Of a stretch of DNA of 64,000 nt, positions 63,341 through 64,000 are shown piece after piece; position 1 is the stretch's first letter; the number at the start of each line of letters is the position of its first letter. Location: positions 37,884,001-37,948,000 of the forward strand of contig NW_024704743.1 of NCBI RefSeq assembly GCF_018977255.1, given 5' to 3'. The translations under genes and the position numbers were made by a program. The notes beneath the pieces were generated by a model. That model was not told where the DNA came from. It saw only the letters and a program-made list of their open reading frames with translations, and made no database searches. Source of the DNA: Callorhinchus milii. Its lineage: Eukaryota.

Positions 63341-64000
63341 GGGAGGTGGTTGCGGGCTCTTGCCTTGGATTGTGTGGCTGGGTCACGGTTCCGCACACTG
63401 CTGTGGGGTCGGTTGTGTTCGTTCTGTACCGCTTTACGGAATACATCACCGTGTGACTATTTGTAATAGTCTGGGAAAATAATAATAATCATAATGTCAC
63501 TCGCGGCGCCCGATACCGTCGAAACAGTTGCAAAGCACTTTGCAGTTCATTTGGTTGTCAAGTAAGCATGTAGCATCCACTTTAGCACACTGCCAGGTAC
63601 TGCACCACAAACAACAACAACAACAAAATTACATTTGTAAAGCGCCTTTCACGTCGGGAGGACGTTCCCAAGGCGCTTGGACGGACAGAGTTACGGACAC
63701 GAGCTGAGGGTCCGGGTGGGGGGGAAACAGGGACATCGAAAGCACGGTCAAAGAGGAAGGTTTTGAGGTGGGTCTTGAAGGTGGCGAGGGAGGGGGCGAG
63801 GCAGAGGGACTGCGCAGAGTGGCGGAGGACTGCGCAGAGTGGCGGAGGACTGCGCAGAGTGGCGGAGGGACTGCGCAGAGTGGCGGAAGGCCTGCCCGCC
63901 GATACTGGGGTGAGCAAGGCGGATTAGTGCAAAATGAGGGCAAACAGCCTAGACTGACACTGTTGGTAAGCACTCTGGCCTCTTAGGCACAAGTCCACTT

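Larger units (their letters stand above)
57781..64000 (+). repeat. Near-identical direct copy of 46627-52862 (6.2 kb, runs off window end)
   Basis: Collinear match at offset about 11.15 kb, starting immediately after the N gap. Confidence 0.97.

Overview
Repeat-rich vertebrate genomic DNA, most likely from a cartilaginous fish. Shark-type CR1 3' ends, L2 LINEs, DeuSINE-like and tRNA-Ala-derived SINEs suggest this, possibly a holocephalan; the taxon is an inference. The minus strand carries the 5' part of NEK11 as four coding exons with consistent splice phases (47342-47173, 17325-17160, 2524-2406, 692-628); the gene continues off the left edge. A CpG-island promoter with a palindromic CRE lies at about 51.7-51.9 kb between two G-rich minisatellites. 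Downstream on the + strand, after a 1.4-kb G/T-rich repeat, is an intronless, CpG-rich HSCB (HSC20) coding sequence (56241-56990). It has three 1-nt deletions in short C/G runs that are probably sequencing errors. After a 25-N gap, 57781-64000 repeats 46627-52862 almost identically, most likely the second haplotype (a false duplication). The most notable items are the intronless HSCB divergent from NEK11, two ancient non-L2/CR1 reverse-transcriptase fossils, a twin-priming-like inverted SINE and several templated-insertion scars. I found no evidence for a wholly new multi-gene system. Repeat boundaries are approximate and were read by eye.
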